From positions 4,714,001 to 4,778,000 of the forward strand of contig CM097885.1 in NCBI GenBank assembly GCA_044892525.1: a stretch of 64,000 nucleotides of DNA, written 5' to 3'. The notes under the pieces were generated by a model, which saw only the letters and a list, made by a program, of their open reading frames with translations, made no database searches and had not been told where the DNA came from. The position numbers and the translations under genes are program-made. Every line of letters begins with the position of its first letter. Within the stretch, counting starts at the first letter, position 1. Of the stretch, positions 1-13,588 are shown in pieces. This stretch comes from Schmidtea polychroa. Its lineage: Eukaryota.

Positions 1-3000
1 GCAACGGATTTCTGTATTCCTTTACATCTGTTATCCTTTACAGGTTTTTCTTCTTGTCCCTCTGGTCCTTTAGGGAATATAGGATATTTAAATGAAATAA
101 TTTCCTCTTTTTCTGGGGTTTTAAAAATAAATTCTCGGGTTATAAATTCAGGGTTTTTAAATGTTTCGTATGAATATTGTTTAGCACGAATAAATATTCC
201 ATTTTCTATAGGAGTAAAAGGTTTTTCATCTTTAAATGAAAATAATTCTCCAGTTGAATTTATTAAATTTGAAAGTATAGGATTTTCAGCTATATCTCTT
301 TGTAAATCATGAGTTCTTATTGTTAAAAACATTGAATCTGTATCCATTGCATGCATTGATATATTAGAACCATATATAGGTTGTAAGATGTTATAATATG
401 TTTCATACATTTGTAATTTTGAAAGTTCTAAAATTGAAAACCCTATAAATATTGGTTTGTTGTATGTTTTATCAAAATTCTTTAGTTCTACTGCAGTAAG
501 ATTTTCAGAAAATACTTGTGCGTTTTTAAATGTAGGCTTTCCTAGCATACGATTATAACGCTTAATATCTTTGGTAGTATTTGTTAGGAGTTCAATATGA
601 GTATATTTATCAACATTCTCCATTGTCTTCCCAAAGACTGAATTGTTTAAAAGTTTATAATTATTATCTTTAAAAAGGTTACCTTCTCTTTTTGCAATGT
701 TTCGACATCTAATGTTCTCCTCGATAAAAGCTTTCATGAATGGCCTCTGTTTAAATCTTATGACACTATGAACTTTTTTTAATATCATACCTCGTAAAAG
801 ATAAAATTGGAGGAGTCTATAGTGACAAAGATAAAACCTTCGATCTGTTTGATCACAAAGAAGTTTCATTGTTGGGGGTTTATCTTGTGAGATTTGCCAT
901 TCAGAAAGTTCGTTGATATCAATTTTTCTTCTTACAGGAGCTAATGGGAAATATCTTGTTCCTGATTTTATATCATCTGGATATAATAAGTCACATTCTA
1001 CAAAGTAACCTATTGGAGAATCTTTAGGTGTTGAAAGTATTTCTTTTATAACTTCTTTTGATGATTCTATTTCAATGAAATCACCCATTGGTAAATATTG
1101 AGTCATAATTCCTGAATATAAAGCTGTTGCATCTATATAAAGTATAAATATAGGATATTTCATTGTTTCTAATATTTCTTTTAATTCCTCATTGTTAATT
1201 TTTATATATGGATCAGAGGTCTTTGAAAGCATCCTGCTAGTAGTTATTGCATTTCTAGCTTTTATTTCTCTATTCCCCATTACTGAAGAGACTCCTCCTC
1301 TAATGTTTGTTTTAATTAGATTAAACATATCGAGGTTAGTTAAAAGATCTATAATTTTATCAGCTTCTTCTATATTTGAAGTCCAAATGGTATATAATAA
1401 AGTATCCCAAGCTAAAGAGGGTGCTGTTATATAATTGTAAGGTTTAAGAACAAAAGATTTTGTAAATTCTTCAAAGCAATCTGCTAGAATATAAACATCC
1501 AAGGATAAATACATACTTGTATATTCTCCTAAAGTTTTACACTTGAATAATTCCCACATTTTATTTGCTCGAGAATATTCTTGATTTGTAATATGATTTT
1601 TTTGAAGTTGTGAATAAAAATCTTCTTGGCTAGGAAGACTTGTTTCATTATATCTTTCAAACGAGTCAACATAGTCATAAGGATATATTCCTTTTGCTAA
1701 ACATGTAGGATATTCTTCTAGAGGAATATTATTTTTTTCCAAGAATTCTCGAGTGATTTTAAAATCTTCTGGTTTCATTGTTTTAGCTATTCCATCTAGA
1801 GACATTTGAAGAAAGTTTAACGAGTCTATAAATTTTAATTTTCCATATTCAACTGATTTATATTTTTCCTTTGTAAGTCCTATAACTTTGAAAGAGTTTT
1901 TAGCATTTGCTGCTAAATGTTTAATAAATAGATGTATGTCATAACCAAAAAGATTATGAAATATAACAGGTACAAATTTAGGAGTATGACAATTAAGATT
2001 ACAATTTTTATGAGCTGCTCCTCGATAATTATTTTCCTTTTTTAAATGATCATGATCGAGGACTTTTATATTCGGAGACTCTTCAAATGGTTGTTTACAC
2101 ATCCAACAGTTGGAAGTGTTTTCATATTCTTGTTGTTGTTGATTAGAAATATTTTGAGGATAGTTTGTTTTTAATACTTTAAATATTTCATGTTCTAGAT
2201 CATTTATACTTTTAGTAAAATGATTCAAGACTTCTGTTTCTGAAATTCCTTGATATGTATATTCTCTAGATTCTATGAGTTCAGGATAATTACTTTTAAA
2301 TAATAATTTATAAGCAGATGGTAATTGTTTAGTTTTTTTAACACTATTAGGTTTATTCCTTTTTCTTAGAAAGGCTTTCATCCTCTCTGGTTTCATCTTC
2401 TCTCCTGAGGAGTTCCAGGAATCCATGAGTTTATTTTTTTCTATTATTTTTAAATATTGTTTAACCAAATCTTGTTTACGATTTATAGATTCAAAGTCCC
2501 CATAAAGCACTCCTACTGTTTGTAGTAAATTTGAAAAGTTTTTAAAATGCATCTTGGGATCTTTAGGCATTTTAATTAAAGCTGGATCATCTTTTTCACA
2601 AAATCTTGTATGTTTAATCATAGAGTTTTTAGTTGTTGAATAATGAAGACATCTTTTACATTTTCCTCCTCCACTAGTTGGATTCTCTGGTGATGTAAAA
2701 GCTTGAAAGTTTTTTATTAAAACATAATGTTGATTATTTTATTGTTCCAAGATTAAAAGATATATCTCCCTAGTGTTATCCTGGGGTTCATTATTTCTAA
2801 CTTCATAATCTGAAATATAAATTGGAATAATTTCTCTGCTATTAACATGTTTCCCTTTAACACGTTCATAAATATTAATTTTAAGATTATTTAAACTTTC
2901 AAATTTTGGAATGTCTTCTAGTTTCATTGGATGTTTGAATTCTTTGGGAAATATTAATTCATTTTCATATTGTTTGTATTTTGAAACTCTTTGAGGGTTT

Positions 3001-3072
3001 GATTCTTGAGGGTGTAAATGTGCAAGTATTGACCAGACGAAACATTTGTTATCATTATTCTGTATGTTTATA
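1..3072 (-). pseudogene. Protein-primed family B DNA polymerase (A1), central/C-terminal part; nonsense codon at 2739; runs off window
   Basis: Near-identical to ORF 50584..54744; CAA>TAA at 2739..2741; split at 3072/3073 by Polinton B. Confidence 0.93.
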
Positions 3073-4802
3073 AGTAGGTAGATAGTAGCCCACGGGAACA
3101 ATTACCCCCCCCCCCCCCGAGGAGGGGTTTGTTCCCAAATTTTTATTACGCAATTGTTCCCAACTCATTTTTTTGCTTTCAGGGAATTTTAGTCCAAATT
3201 TTTTTTTATCACACTATAGTGAGGGGGTCTCGATGGTCCTGGGATTTTCAATACAAAAAAAAATTTTTCAATATAAAAACGATGGTCCTGGGATTTTCAA
3301 TACAAAAAAAATTTTTCAATACAAAAATCCGACTTCCACTAAAAAAGCATGGAATTTTCACACTATAGTGAGAGGGTCTCGATGGTCCTGGGATTTTCAA
3401 TACAAAAAATTTTTTTCTATACAAAAATCCGACTACCACTAAAAAAGCCAAGGATTTTTCAGACTATAGTGAGGAGGTCTCGATGGTCCTGGGATTTTCA
3501 ATACAAAAAAAAATTTTCAATACAAAAACGATGGCCCTGGGATTTTCAATACAAATAAAATTTTTTCAATACAAAAACGATGGTCCTGGGATTTTCAATA
3601 CAAAGCTGGTCTACACTAAAAAGCCAAGGATTTTTCAGACTATAGTGAGGTGAGTCTCCTTGGTCCTGAGAAATAGGTGGTCTACACTAAAAAAGCATGG
3701 TAATTTAAGGTCTCAGGATATTTTCAATACAAAAAGCTGGTCTACACTAAAAAAGCCAAGGATTTTTCAGACTATAGTGAAGTGAGTCTCCTTGGACCTG
3801 AGAAATAGCTGGTCTACACTAAAAAAACGTGGTAATTTAAGGTCTCAGGATATTTTCAATACAAAAAGCTGGTCTACACTAAAAAAGCATGGTAATTTAA
3901 GGTCTCAGGATATTTTCAATATAAAAAGCTGGTCTATACTAAAAAGGCCAAGGATTTTTCAGACTATAATGAGGTGAGTCTCCTTGGTCCTGAGAAATAG
4001 GTGGTATACACTAAAAAAGCATGGTAATTTAAGGTCTCAGGATATTTTCAATACAAAAAGCTGGTCTACACTAAAAAGCATGGTAATTTAAGGTCTCAGG
4101 ATATTTTCAATACAAAAATCTGGTCTACACTAAAAAGCCAAGGATTTTTCAGACTATAGTGAGGTGAGTCTCCTTGGTCCTGAGAAATAGGTGGTCTACA
4201 CTAAAAACATGGTAAATTTTTCAATTAAAGTAAATTAAGGTTCTAAAAATTTCAAATAAAGTAAATTATGGTCCAAATTTTAAAATTAAAGTAAATTATG
4301 GTTCTAAAAATTAAATTATAGTAAATTATGGCTCAAATTTTTCAATTACAGCAAATTATGGTCCTAAAAAATTAAATTAAAGTAAATTATGGCTCAAATT
4401 TTTCAATTACAGTAAATAATGGTTCTTAAAATTGAATTAAAGTAAATTATGGTCCAAATTTTTGAATTAAAGTAAATTATGGTTCTAAATTTTTCAATTA
4501 CAGTAAATTATGGTCCAAATTTTGAATTACAGTAAATTATGGTTCTAAAAATTAAATTAAAGTTAATTAAGGTCCAAATTTTTAAATTAAGTAATCAATG
4601 GTAAAAAATTTTAAATAAGTAAATTAAAGTAAGATTTTAAAATTTATTAACAAAAAGTTGAAGGTGTTTGAGAATTGAAATTTTTTAATGAAAATTTTTA
4701 TGGAATAATTTTTTAAGTAATTTTTAATGGAAATTTTTATGAAATATTTTTCAATGATAATTTTAGATGGAAATTTTTAAGATAATTTTTAATGAAAATT
4801 TT
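3073..4802 (+). repeat. Left TIR of Polinton B, built of tandem sub-repeats
   Basis: Reverse complement of ~17017..18320; units such as GGTCCTGGGATTTTCAATACAAAA and AAAGTAAATTATGG; inner boundary approximate. Confidence 0.88.
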
Positions 4803-4834
4803 TATGAAATATTTTTCAAAGACAAATTTTAATA

Positions 4835-5860
4835 ATAATTCAACAACAAACCAACAACTTAGTACCAACAACCAGTAACTTATGAACATGTATTAACAAC
4901 CAGATACCTACAACTAGTTACTAACAACCAGTTACCTGATACCAGATACCTACAACTGGATACCTACAACTAGTTACCTGATACCAACTACTAACAACCA
5001 CCTACCCATTAACTAGCTACAACTAGCTAACAACTAGCTACCACCTAGCAAGTACTAACAACCACCATCAACCAGGTACTAAGCATTATTAACCAACTAC
5101 CAAGTACTTACAACAAGTTACTAACAACCAGTTACCTGATACCAAGTACCTACAACTAGATACCACGTACTAAATAACTCTCAAACAACCAAGTACCTAC
5201 AACTAATTACCAGATACCAAGTACTATCAACCAGCTAACAACCTGATACCAACTACTCACGACCAGATAACAACTAACAACCAGATACCAAGTACTTACA
5301 ACTAGTTACTAACAACTAGCTACCAACTACTAAGTACTAACAACCAACATCAACCAGGTACTAAGCATTATCAACCAAGTACTAACAACTAGATACCTAG
5401 TTACTAACAACCCGCTAACAACTAACAACTAGATACCAAGTACCAGTAAATTACGAACATGTATTAACAACCAGATACCTACAACTAGTTACTAACAACC
5501 AGTTACCTGATAGCAACCAACTAGCTACCAACTACTAAGTACTAACAACCAACATCAACCAGGTACTAAGCATTAATTACCAACTACTAAGTACCTACAA
5601 CCAACTAACAACCACCTACCAAGTACTAAGCATTATCAACCAACTACTAAGTACCTACAACCAACTAGCTACCACCTACCAAGTACTAACAACCAGTTAC
5701 CAACTACTAAGCATTAATTACCTACAACTAGTTACTAACAACTAGCTACCAAGTACATACAACCAGACACTAAGCATTATCAACCAAGTACTAACAACCA
5801 AGTAACTTACCTAGTACTAAGCACTGTCAACTAGATACCAAACACTTACAACCAGATGAC
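4835..5860. repeat. Strand-biased A/C-rich degenerate minisatellite (AACAACC/TACC/ACTAAG units)
   Basis: Visible reiteration, G-poor on + strand, no ORF. Confidence 0.75.
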
Positions 5861-6169
5861 CACATGAAATTATTGGTTAAATATGAAAATAAGGATTATA
5901 TTTAGTTGTTAAGTAAATTGTGGTGTAAAATTAAGAAATAAAGAATAATTAGTTAAATTAAAGTTAAAAATTTTAAATAAGTAAATTAAGGTTCAAAATT
6001 TAAAATTAAAGAAAACAATGGTTCAAATTTTAAATTAAAGCTAAATGAGTAAATTAAAGTAAGATTTTTAATTTTATTATCAAAAGATTGAATAACCACC
6101 AACATTTTTGAGAAATGTAATTTATAATGAAAATTTAAATGGAAATTTAAATGGAATAATAATAATAAT

Positions 6170-6213
<44 letters not shown>

Positions 6214-9200
6214 TAATAATAATTCAACAGTTACCAACAATCGGTTACTGATTATTTTTTAACTAGGTGCTAACAAATACTTACAACTAGATACCACGTA
6301 CTAACTAACTCTCAAACAATCAGATACTTACAACTAACTACTAAATATTCTTCACTGTATTTTATGAAATGCTTTTTAAATTAATTTTTTATCTATCTTC
6401 AAAAATATATTTAATTACAATCATTAGAAAAACCTTTTCAAATTTAACAAAAATGTTGATTTTCATCAAAAAACCACAACTCATCACCACGTGGAATTCA
6501 AAATAATTACAATGAAAGACTAATGAATTCTAATTTACAAAACATTCTTCTTTTAAATGATAACTTATTATTGCAATGTAAAAATCGCATTCAATAAATA
6601 CTTATTGTTGATCAGTTTTATTATATATACTCTGAGTTTATCCGACAGGATGTTTTGACCCCCCTAAGGGTACAGGTCGTAAGGGTACTGGTCGTAAGGG
6701 TATTAGTCGTAAGGGTACTAGTCGTAGGGGTATTGGTAACACTCAACCCCCATCTACCCATTAACCACCTAACAAGTACCAACAACCAAGTCTCAAACAA
6801 CTAAATACTAAACACTAACAACCAACAACAACCAGGTACTAAGCATTATCAACCTACAACTATATAACAACAATCAGTAAACAACACTGTACCAACTACC
6901 AAATACAAGAAACCAACAACTTAGTACCAACAATCAACTAACAACACATAAAAATAATAGCAATTAAATAAAAAAAATTATTCTTCATCGCATACACTAT
7001 TTTCTTATCAAAATCTAAAAAGTCAACCAACTACTTACAACCTACAACTATGTACTAACAAATTGATCTTTAAAAGCAAATACTCATCACTTGAAAAATT
7101 AGATGGAAAATTATTTGAACTCAAGGCATCAATAACTAGGTAAAATTTGATTAAATTATTGTAAAAATTTAAATTATTCAAAATAAATATCATAAAAATT
7201 TAATTAATGGACAGGAAAAAAATTCTAATCATTAATCATCCAGTAAATAAAAAAAATACTGATCATTCAAGTTGAATCAACTAAGATAATAAATTAATAA
7301 AAGTTTTGAAATAAGATCTAGATTTAGATTGAATAAAATTAATTTTAATTATTTTTGTAAAAGTAATACATGTACTCAAATTGATTAACTGATTTCTCAA
7401 TATATTCAAAAAATCAGTATAAATTCATTACAATTATCAAAGTCAGCAATCTACAATAAAAATAATTATCATTAAATTCCAAAAGAGACTAGATAACTAA
7501 TGATAACATCTAACAAACCAGTAAATTCATTTAAATGGCAATAATTGGTATATCCAAGTGAATTCTCTAATAGAATCATCTAAAAAGCATCATTTTCCCT
7601 AAATATATCAATATTTAAAGATTGGTATTGTAATGATAAATACTTGTTAAAGATCATATATTCTCATCAAACTAATAAGATTCCTTAAAATCCCTTAAAT
7701 GACTATATTTCTACCCTTAATTCATATTATTACAAATAATTCATTAAAATCATCTAAAAAGCATCATTTCCCCTAAATATATCAATATTTAAAGATTGAT
7801 ATTTTAATGATAAGTACCCGTAAAGGATCATATATTCCCCTCAGACTAATAAGATTGCTTAAAGTCCCATTTAAATGACTATAATTCTAACTTTAATTCC
7901 TATTATCACGAATATTTCCCTATAAAACATGTAAAATCATTAACCCTAAATAATTTATAAAATCTAATGATAAAAGTGGTTATAATTAAATTTTTGTTAA
8001 TCACTGTACTCGATATTTTAAATAAATATTACTACAATATAACTGACTAGGTCCTATTGAAAGATTAAATTTATCCATTCAATAAAATATATTTCTTCAA
8101 ATGATCATTTTTACCAATATTCAACCGATTTAATTACTAATTAAAATCAAGATTTCTTCCAATAAAGATCAATTTTATTTAGTCAATGTTTTAAGTCCAT
8201 ATTTCTCAACTTTTGTCGTTGTCCGTCTAAATAAAGATAAAAATAATTTAAAGTTGATATCAATCCCAAATATCTGTAACGTTTTCATCGTCAAAACCAA
8301 GTAAATCGATCATTATCCTTACTTAATAATCCATAAATCTAAATTAATATACAATGAATTAATCACAACCTAATAAAACGATATAATTATTATTGATACA
8401 TAACTGACTAATTGACATTTCCCTTAAAACAATGATATTTTACCAACATCACCATTAAAAAAATCATATATTCCCATCTTAACCGATGTCTCATTAAATT
8501 TAACCGACTATATTCCCATCTTAACCCATCCTTCATTAAATTCAATCGACTATATCTCCCTTACAATGATATATTCCTACCTTATCCGATCTCTCATTAA
8601 ATTCAATCGACTATATCTCCCTTGCAATGATATATTCCCATCTTAACCGATTTCTTATTAAAGTCAATCGACTATATCTCCCTTACAATGATCTATTTCC
8701 ATCTTAACCCATCCCTCATTAAATTTAATAACCGACAATATCCCATCTTATCCGATCTCTCAGCAAATATTTCTACCCTTTTAAACATCTATCCGATTAT
8801 ATCCCTTATTTTCCCTAAAGATTTCACCCACTTGAGCCCTTTAATATATATCAATCCTCTTAAAATCCTCAGAGAACTTCAAAAATCTGACTTTTAATTA
8901 ATTGTTATAGAACCAGACAAATAATAAGAGCCCATTAAAAGATCAAAATTCACTAAATTTTCTACAAATATTTACCATCAAATACTGGAGATGATATATA
9001 TTGATTGATCATAATTCTTCAGCTATTCAACCAATCATTTTCAAGCAATAACAGCAAACTAAATTTCTGTATATCCTATAATAATTATCACGTAAATTTA
9101 AAGTCCTTGATAAAGTTAACTGGTTTCTTAGCTTATGTTTTTTAAAGGGCATCAATGTGTAAATATTCTTAGAAAATTATTCTTAGAAAATTATTTATTC

Positions 9201-10837
9201 AAATATATTACAAAGTTATCATCAAAAATAACTTAATTATTAACCTAATTGTCAATGAAATTAATTTTTATTTAAAAACTATTCAATAAAATACAACTAA
9301 TTATCAAGAAATTAATTAAATTTATCAATTAAATTTATCACCATTAAAACTTTTAATCAGTCAACATGAAATTCTTAGAAAATTATTCAATATCCTCATC
9401 AAAATTTATCCTACCACTTGATTATTGTACAAACTTTAATTATTAACCTCATTAAAAATAAATTTTTATTTAAAATTAAAAAACAAGTCAATAAAAATAC
9501 ATTCAATTATCATGAAATTAATTAAATTTACCTTAGAATTAGCATTAAATTACAGATATTCACAAAAATTACGGAAATTCATGAAAATAATGGAAATCCA
9601 TAAAAATGATAGAAATTCATAAAAACGATAAAAATTCACAAAAATGATAGAAATTCACAAAAATGATAGAAATTTACTTGAATAAAACCATCAACTCTAA
9701 AAATTATCAATACCTTAAACATCAAATTTGCCCAAATAATCATTCAAATAAAAGCATTAAATGATCAGTACCCTTGCGACATGTTGAATGTGAGTAGTAC
9801 CCTTGTGAGCAATACCCATAGGGGGACAGAATATTTTGTCGGATAAACTCAGAGTATATATTAATTAACTCATTCTTCATTGAATTAGTCAAATTATCAT
9901 AAATTTCGATAAAAATTCTAAAGTGGTAAGCAATGTAAAGAGAAATATTCTTTAAACTTTGATAAAATTAACAATGAAGGTGGTAAGAATCTTCATTAAA
10001 GTGAGGAAATTATTCATTACTCGATTCAAATGGGTGAAAATAATTGGTAGAATAATTCATTAATGGATCATTGAATGGGCATAGATAAGAAGAAAGTTGA
10101 TAAGAATGCAAATATATTAATTGAATTTATTTAAAATTATTTCATAAAATTCATAAATTTAATAAAAAAAAGAAATATTTGTGGGGAATAATTAATCAAA
10201 ATCGGGGGGAATATAAGTGATAATAATTAGTGGAAAATAGAGAATCGGGGGGATATAAGTGAGGAGGATATATAATTTAAACTAGTTTATTACATAACAA
10301 CCCGCGACTAGTTTATTACATAACAAGCCGCGTCTAGTTTATTACATAACAAGCTGTGAATGGTATTTTATTGAGAATTATTGATTAGGTCTTTTTTATA
10401 ATTTTTGAATAAGTACTTTAATACCTTAATAATTTAAATGTTTTGATTTACACTAAATAATTTCTAAATCAATTACCCTTTTCAATCAAAATAAGATCAA
10501 TTATATACCTTTTTATAAAATTCAGTTAAAATCAAATACTTTCCACTAAATTTAAAATATATAAATTTTACAAGTTTTTCAAATTTTCAAATAATGTAAA
10601 TAAGAAATTAATCTATTACCAGTTACATACTTATTGACGGAATTACGTAATAGAAATAAAAAGTAACTTAGGTTATTTTTTTTTTCAAAATTATGACTAA
10701 GTCCTTTAATATTGTAATAATAGCTATTTATTAATAAATTTATTATTTTACGTTAAATATTTCAAAAACAATTATCATATTATTAATTATATTACCCTTT
10801 TTAATCAAAATAAGATAACTATTCAAATAGATGATTT

Positions 10838-11161
10838 TTATAAATTACAATAAAAATTAAATACTTTTACACTAAATTTAAAAATATAAATTTTATAAGT
10901 AAATGTGAATAAGAAATAAGTTACTTCTGATTCGCCTAAATTCTCACCTAAATTATTAACAACTTTCAATTGAATATATAACAAAGTATCATTCAAATCT
11001 AAATATTCAGTCTGCGATCCATTTATGTAAAATTGAATCGAAGAAGAACCGGCATCTGTAATTGAATTTCTTGGGTATACATCTTCAAATGCTCCATGTT
11101 CAATCACTGCTTGGGGAGAAGGTCTATCAAAAAGACATAATTCTGATTTAGCACTAATCAT
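10838..11161 (-). pseudogene. Major capsid protein (PY, double jelly-roll) N-terminal ~80 aa only
   Basis: KSELCLF...DVYP...IQFYINGSQTEYLDLNDTLLYIQLKV resembles the Polinton MCP N-terminus; tail below ~10922 derives from a non-coding repeat also present at ~10470..10615. Confidence 0.8.
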
Positions 11162-11556
11162 TTTTCAAAGATGGTACCATATCCTTTCATTCTTTTGTTT
11201 ATATGTTTCTTCATAATTTTTCGGCGTTTAAGTATTCCGCCTTTTTGTTCTTTATCATTTTTAAATACATCGGATACTTTATTAATTACTTCAGGTAAAT
11301 GTTGCATCACAGCTGGTAATGATTCTTTAATTTCAGAAATTGCATTTGATTTTAAAGCAGGCAAGATATTTGCATTGTTATTTATTACGTCATTAGCTGT
11401 TTTCATACCAAAATTTCCTATTCGTCTAAGAATTGGGAGTGCAAATCTACCTATTGTCTTCAACCAACCGGTTCCATATTGTTTACCAACAAAATATGGT
11501 AAATCACCACCCGATTGGTTACTACTATAAAAATGTATTATGTCAGGATTACTCAT
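11158..11556 (-). CDS. Conserved small Polinton virion core protein (PZ-like)
   Basis: Y..QSGGDLPYFVG.QYG.G...IGRFALPILRRIG motif, basic C-terminus, position between penton and MCP. Confidence 0.7.
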   Translation of the reverse strand: MSNPDIIHFYSSNQSGGDLPYFVGKQYGTGWLKTIGRFALPILRRIGNFGMKTANDVINNNANILPALKSNAISEIKESLPAVMQHLPEVINKVSDVFKNDKEQKGGILKRRKIMKKHINKRMKGYGTIFEK

Positions 11557-12565
11557 TTATTTTACGAAAATGTAATGTCAAGTATGTTTTATCTTCTTTT
11601 CCAAATATATATTTTCCACTATCATCTCGTATATTGATTTCTATATTGTTTATATATGAAGACGATACAGGTAAGTACATTGGATTCTTTTCAATTATTT
11701 GTACTAAATCATCTTTTTTATGTTTTTCCACCCAAATACATTTCAAAAGAGGGACCAATGTATCACCAACAATAATAGGTTCGATAATATTTGTATAGAT
11801 CATCAATTGTTGATTGCGTTGTAATACTTCAGGTTCTTTAAAACCAATAATAAGTTTGTCAGTATATGCTTCTTCTAATAAACCTAAACTATTGGCTAAA
11901 AATTTACTAAATTGAACTTTACTGACATCATCATCCATTACAATTTTAACGATTTTTCCTTTTTGAATATCAACAGATTTAAATGGACGAGGATAAAAGA
12001 GTGATAGTTGATCATTTATTTGTGAAAGATCTGTAATGATATTTTCTTCGAATGTATCTGTATACTCGACATCGTAACAATATTGTATAGTTAATCGAAT
12101 TGTATCAAACTTTATTTTTCGATTATTTGGAGGAATAGTGATTTGGTTCAAGGCTTTTTTAAAAGTTATTTCTTTTTCTGAAAATCCCAATTTCTGCGCT
12201 TCTTTAATACTATCGAATTCTACTTTAAAAGGAAAATATTTACAATTAATGTTCAATGTATTTCCATCAATATATATTAAATAAAATGGAGAGTCGTGAC
12301 TGATTGTATATTCATTTTTTTCTTGGTTAAAGTAAAAGTATTCATAACTTGTATGTAATACACTTTTACTATATTTGACATTTGAATTGTTGTAAAAAGG
12401 AAAATAATTATACACAAAGGTAAAGTCCATGAGAGCTACTTCCCATTCACCATCCAAGTAAATAGGATTTTGAAATTCGACATTAAATTTACCAGCTTCA
12501 TTATTTGGATGAGTCTGAGGACAACTATTAGAAGGTAAATTCACATAAAAATCTTTTTTAATCAT
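11549..12565 (-). CDS. Minor capsid protein (PX/penton), paralogue 2
   Basis: FYVNLPSNS...IYLDGEWEVAL N-terminus; YTNIIEP..VGD..VPLL and PMYLPV...IEINIRDDSG...LTLHFRK C-terminus. Confidence 0.87.
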   Translation of the reverse strand: MIKKDFYVNLPSNSCPQTHPNNEAGKFNVEFQNPIYLDGEWEVALMDFTFVYNYFPFYNNSNVKYSKSVLHTSYEYFYFNQEKNEYTISHDSPFYLIYIDGNTLNINCKYFPFKVEFDSIKEAQKLGFSEKEITFKKALNQITIPPNNRKIKFDTIRLTIQYCYDVEYTDTFEENIITDLSQINDQLSLFYPRPFKSVDIQKGKIVKIVMDDDVSKVQFSKFLANSLGLLEEAYTDKLIIGFKEPEVLQRNQQLMIYTNIIEPIIVGDTLVPLLKCIWVEKHKKDDLVQIIEKNPMYLPVSSSYINNIEINIRDDSGKYIFGKEDKTYLTLHFRKINE

Positions 12566-13583
12566 TTATTTTACGAAAATGTAATGTCAAGTGTGTTTTT
12601 GTATCTCTACTAAATTTTATTAATTTTCCACTATCATCTCGTATATTGATTTCAATGTTGTTTATAGAAGAATTAGAAATTGGTAGATACATTGGATTCT
12701 TCATTTCTAGTTGCACAATTTCTCCTTGTTCATATTTTTTTTTCCAAATAGATTTCAATAACGGAACTCTTACATCTCCAACAGTCAATGGTTCGATAAT
12801 ATTTGAGTAAATAAACATTTGTTGATGATGATTAAATAACTTTGGAATTTTTGTTCCAATAATTTCTTTCTCTGTAAATGTTTGTTTCTTTAATCCCAAT
12901 GTTTTTGTTAAATTTTTATCAAAGGTTATTGATGAAATGTTATCAGCAAGACTTATTTTAACCAATTCATTATTTTGTATTTTTAAATCTTTAAAGGGAG
13001 ACGGATTAATTGTCATTAACTGACCATGTATTTCAGATAAAGTATTGATGTATAGTTCATCTTCGAAATAATGTTCAAATTTTGTTTTTTCAACAACACT
13101 TATAATTATACCAAATTGATCAATTGTTTTATCTTCTGTAAATTTTGGTAATTTAATTCGCAAATGATCACTATCACTAATAACCGATACTGATTTTAAT
13201 CCAAATTTAATAGCATGTTCAAAATCTGGAAACGTTATTTTAAATGGAACATGTGGACAAACAACAACCAAATTCTCATATCTTTCAATGAACATGTCAA
13301 CTTCAGGAGTATTTTTAGGATTTATTACTTCAAAGGTTCGATTTGAATTATTTATTCTAAAATATTTAATTTCTTCATCCATCTTTACTTTTTCATATTG
13401 TATCAATGAATTACTGTAATAAGGAAAAGTATTATACACAAAGGTAAAGTCCATGAGAGCTACTTCCCATTCACCATCCAAGTAAATAGGATTTTGAAAT
13501 TCGACATTAAATTTACTAGCTTCATTATCGGGGAAAATAAGAGGACAACTATTAGAAGGTAAAATAATATAAAAATCTTTCAT
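12558..13583 (-). CDS. Minor capsid protein (PX/penton), paralogue 1
   Basis: Same terminal motifs as the neighbouring gene with a divergent middle. Confidence 0.87.
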   Translation of the reverse strand: MKDFYIILPSNSCPLIFPDNEASKFNVEFQNPIYLDGEWEVALMDFTFVYNTFPYYSNSLIQYEKVKMDEEIKYFRINNSNRTFEVINPKNTPEVDMFIERYENLVVVCPHVPFKITFPDFEHAIKFGLKSVSVISDSDHLRIKLPKFTEDKTIDQFGIIISVVEKTKFEHYFEDELYINTLSEIHGQLMTINPSPFKDLKIQNNELVKISLADNISSITFDKNLTKTLGLKKQTFTEKEIIGTKIPKLFNHHQQMFIYSNIIEPLTVGDVRVPLLKSIWKKKYEQGEIVQLEMKNPMYLPISNSSINNIEINIRDDSGKLIKFSRDTKTHLTLHFRKIND

Positions 13584-13588
13584 AATAT

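Noticed and set aside
1192..1434. Antisense ORFs over pPolB, integrase, PZ-like, TRAF and MFS genes
   Set aside because: Shadow ORFs opposite well-supported genes
3129..3977. Short ORFs in B/D TIRs (also 17522..18359, 23313..23576, 62664..62933)
   Set aside because: Translations of tandem TIR sub-repeats in several overlapping frames with no domain signal
3200..4200. Regularly spaced repeats resembling a CRISPR array (also 37690..39050)
   Set aside because: Intervening sequences are themselves repeated, the context is eukaryotic and there are no cas genes
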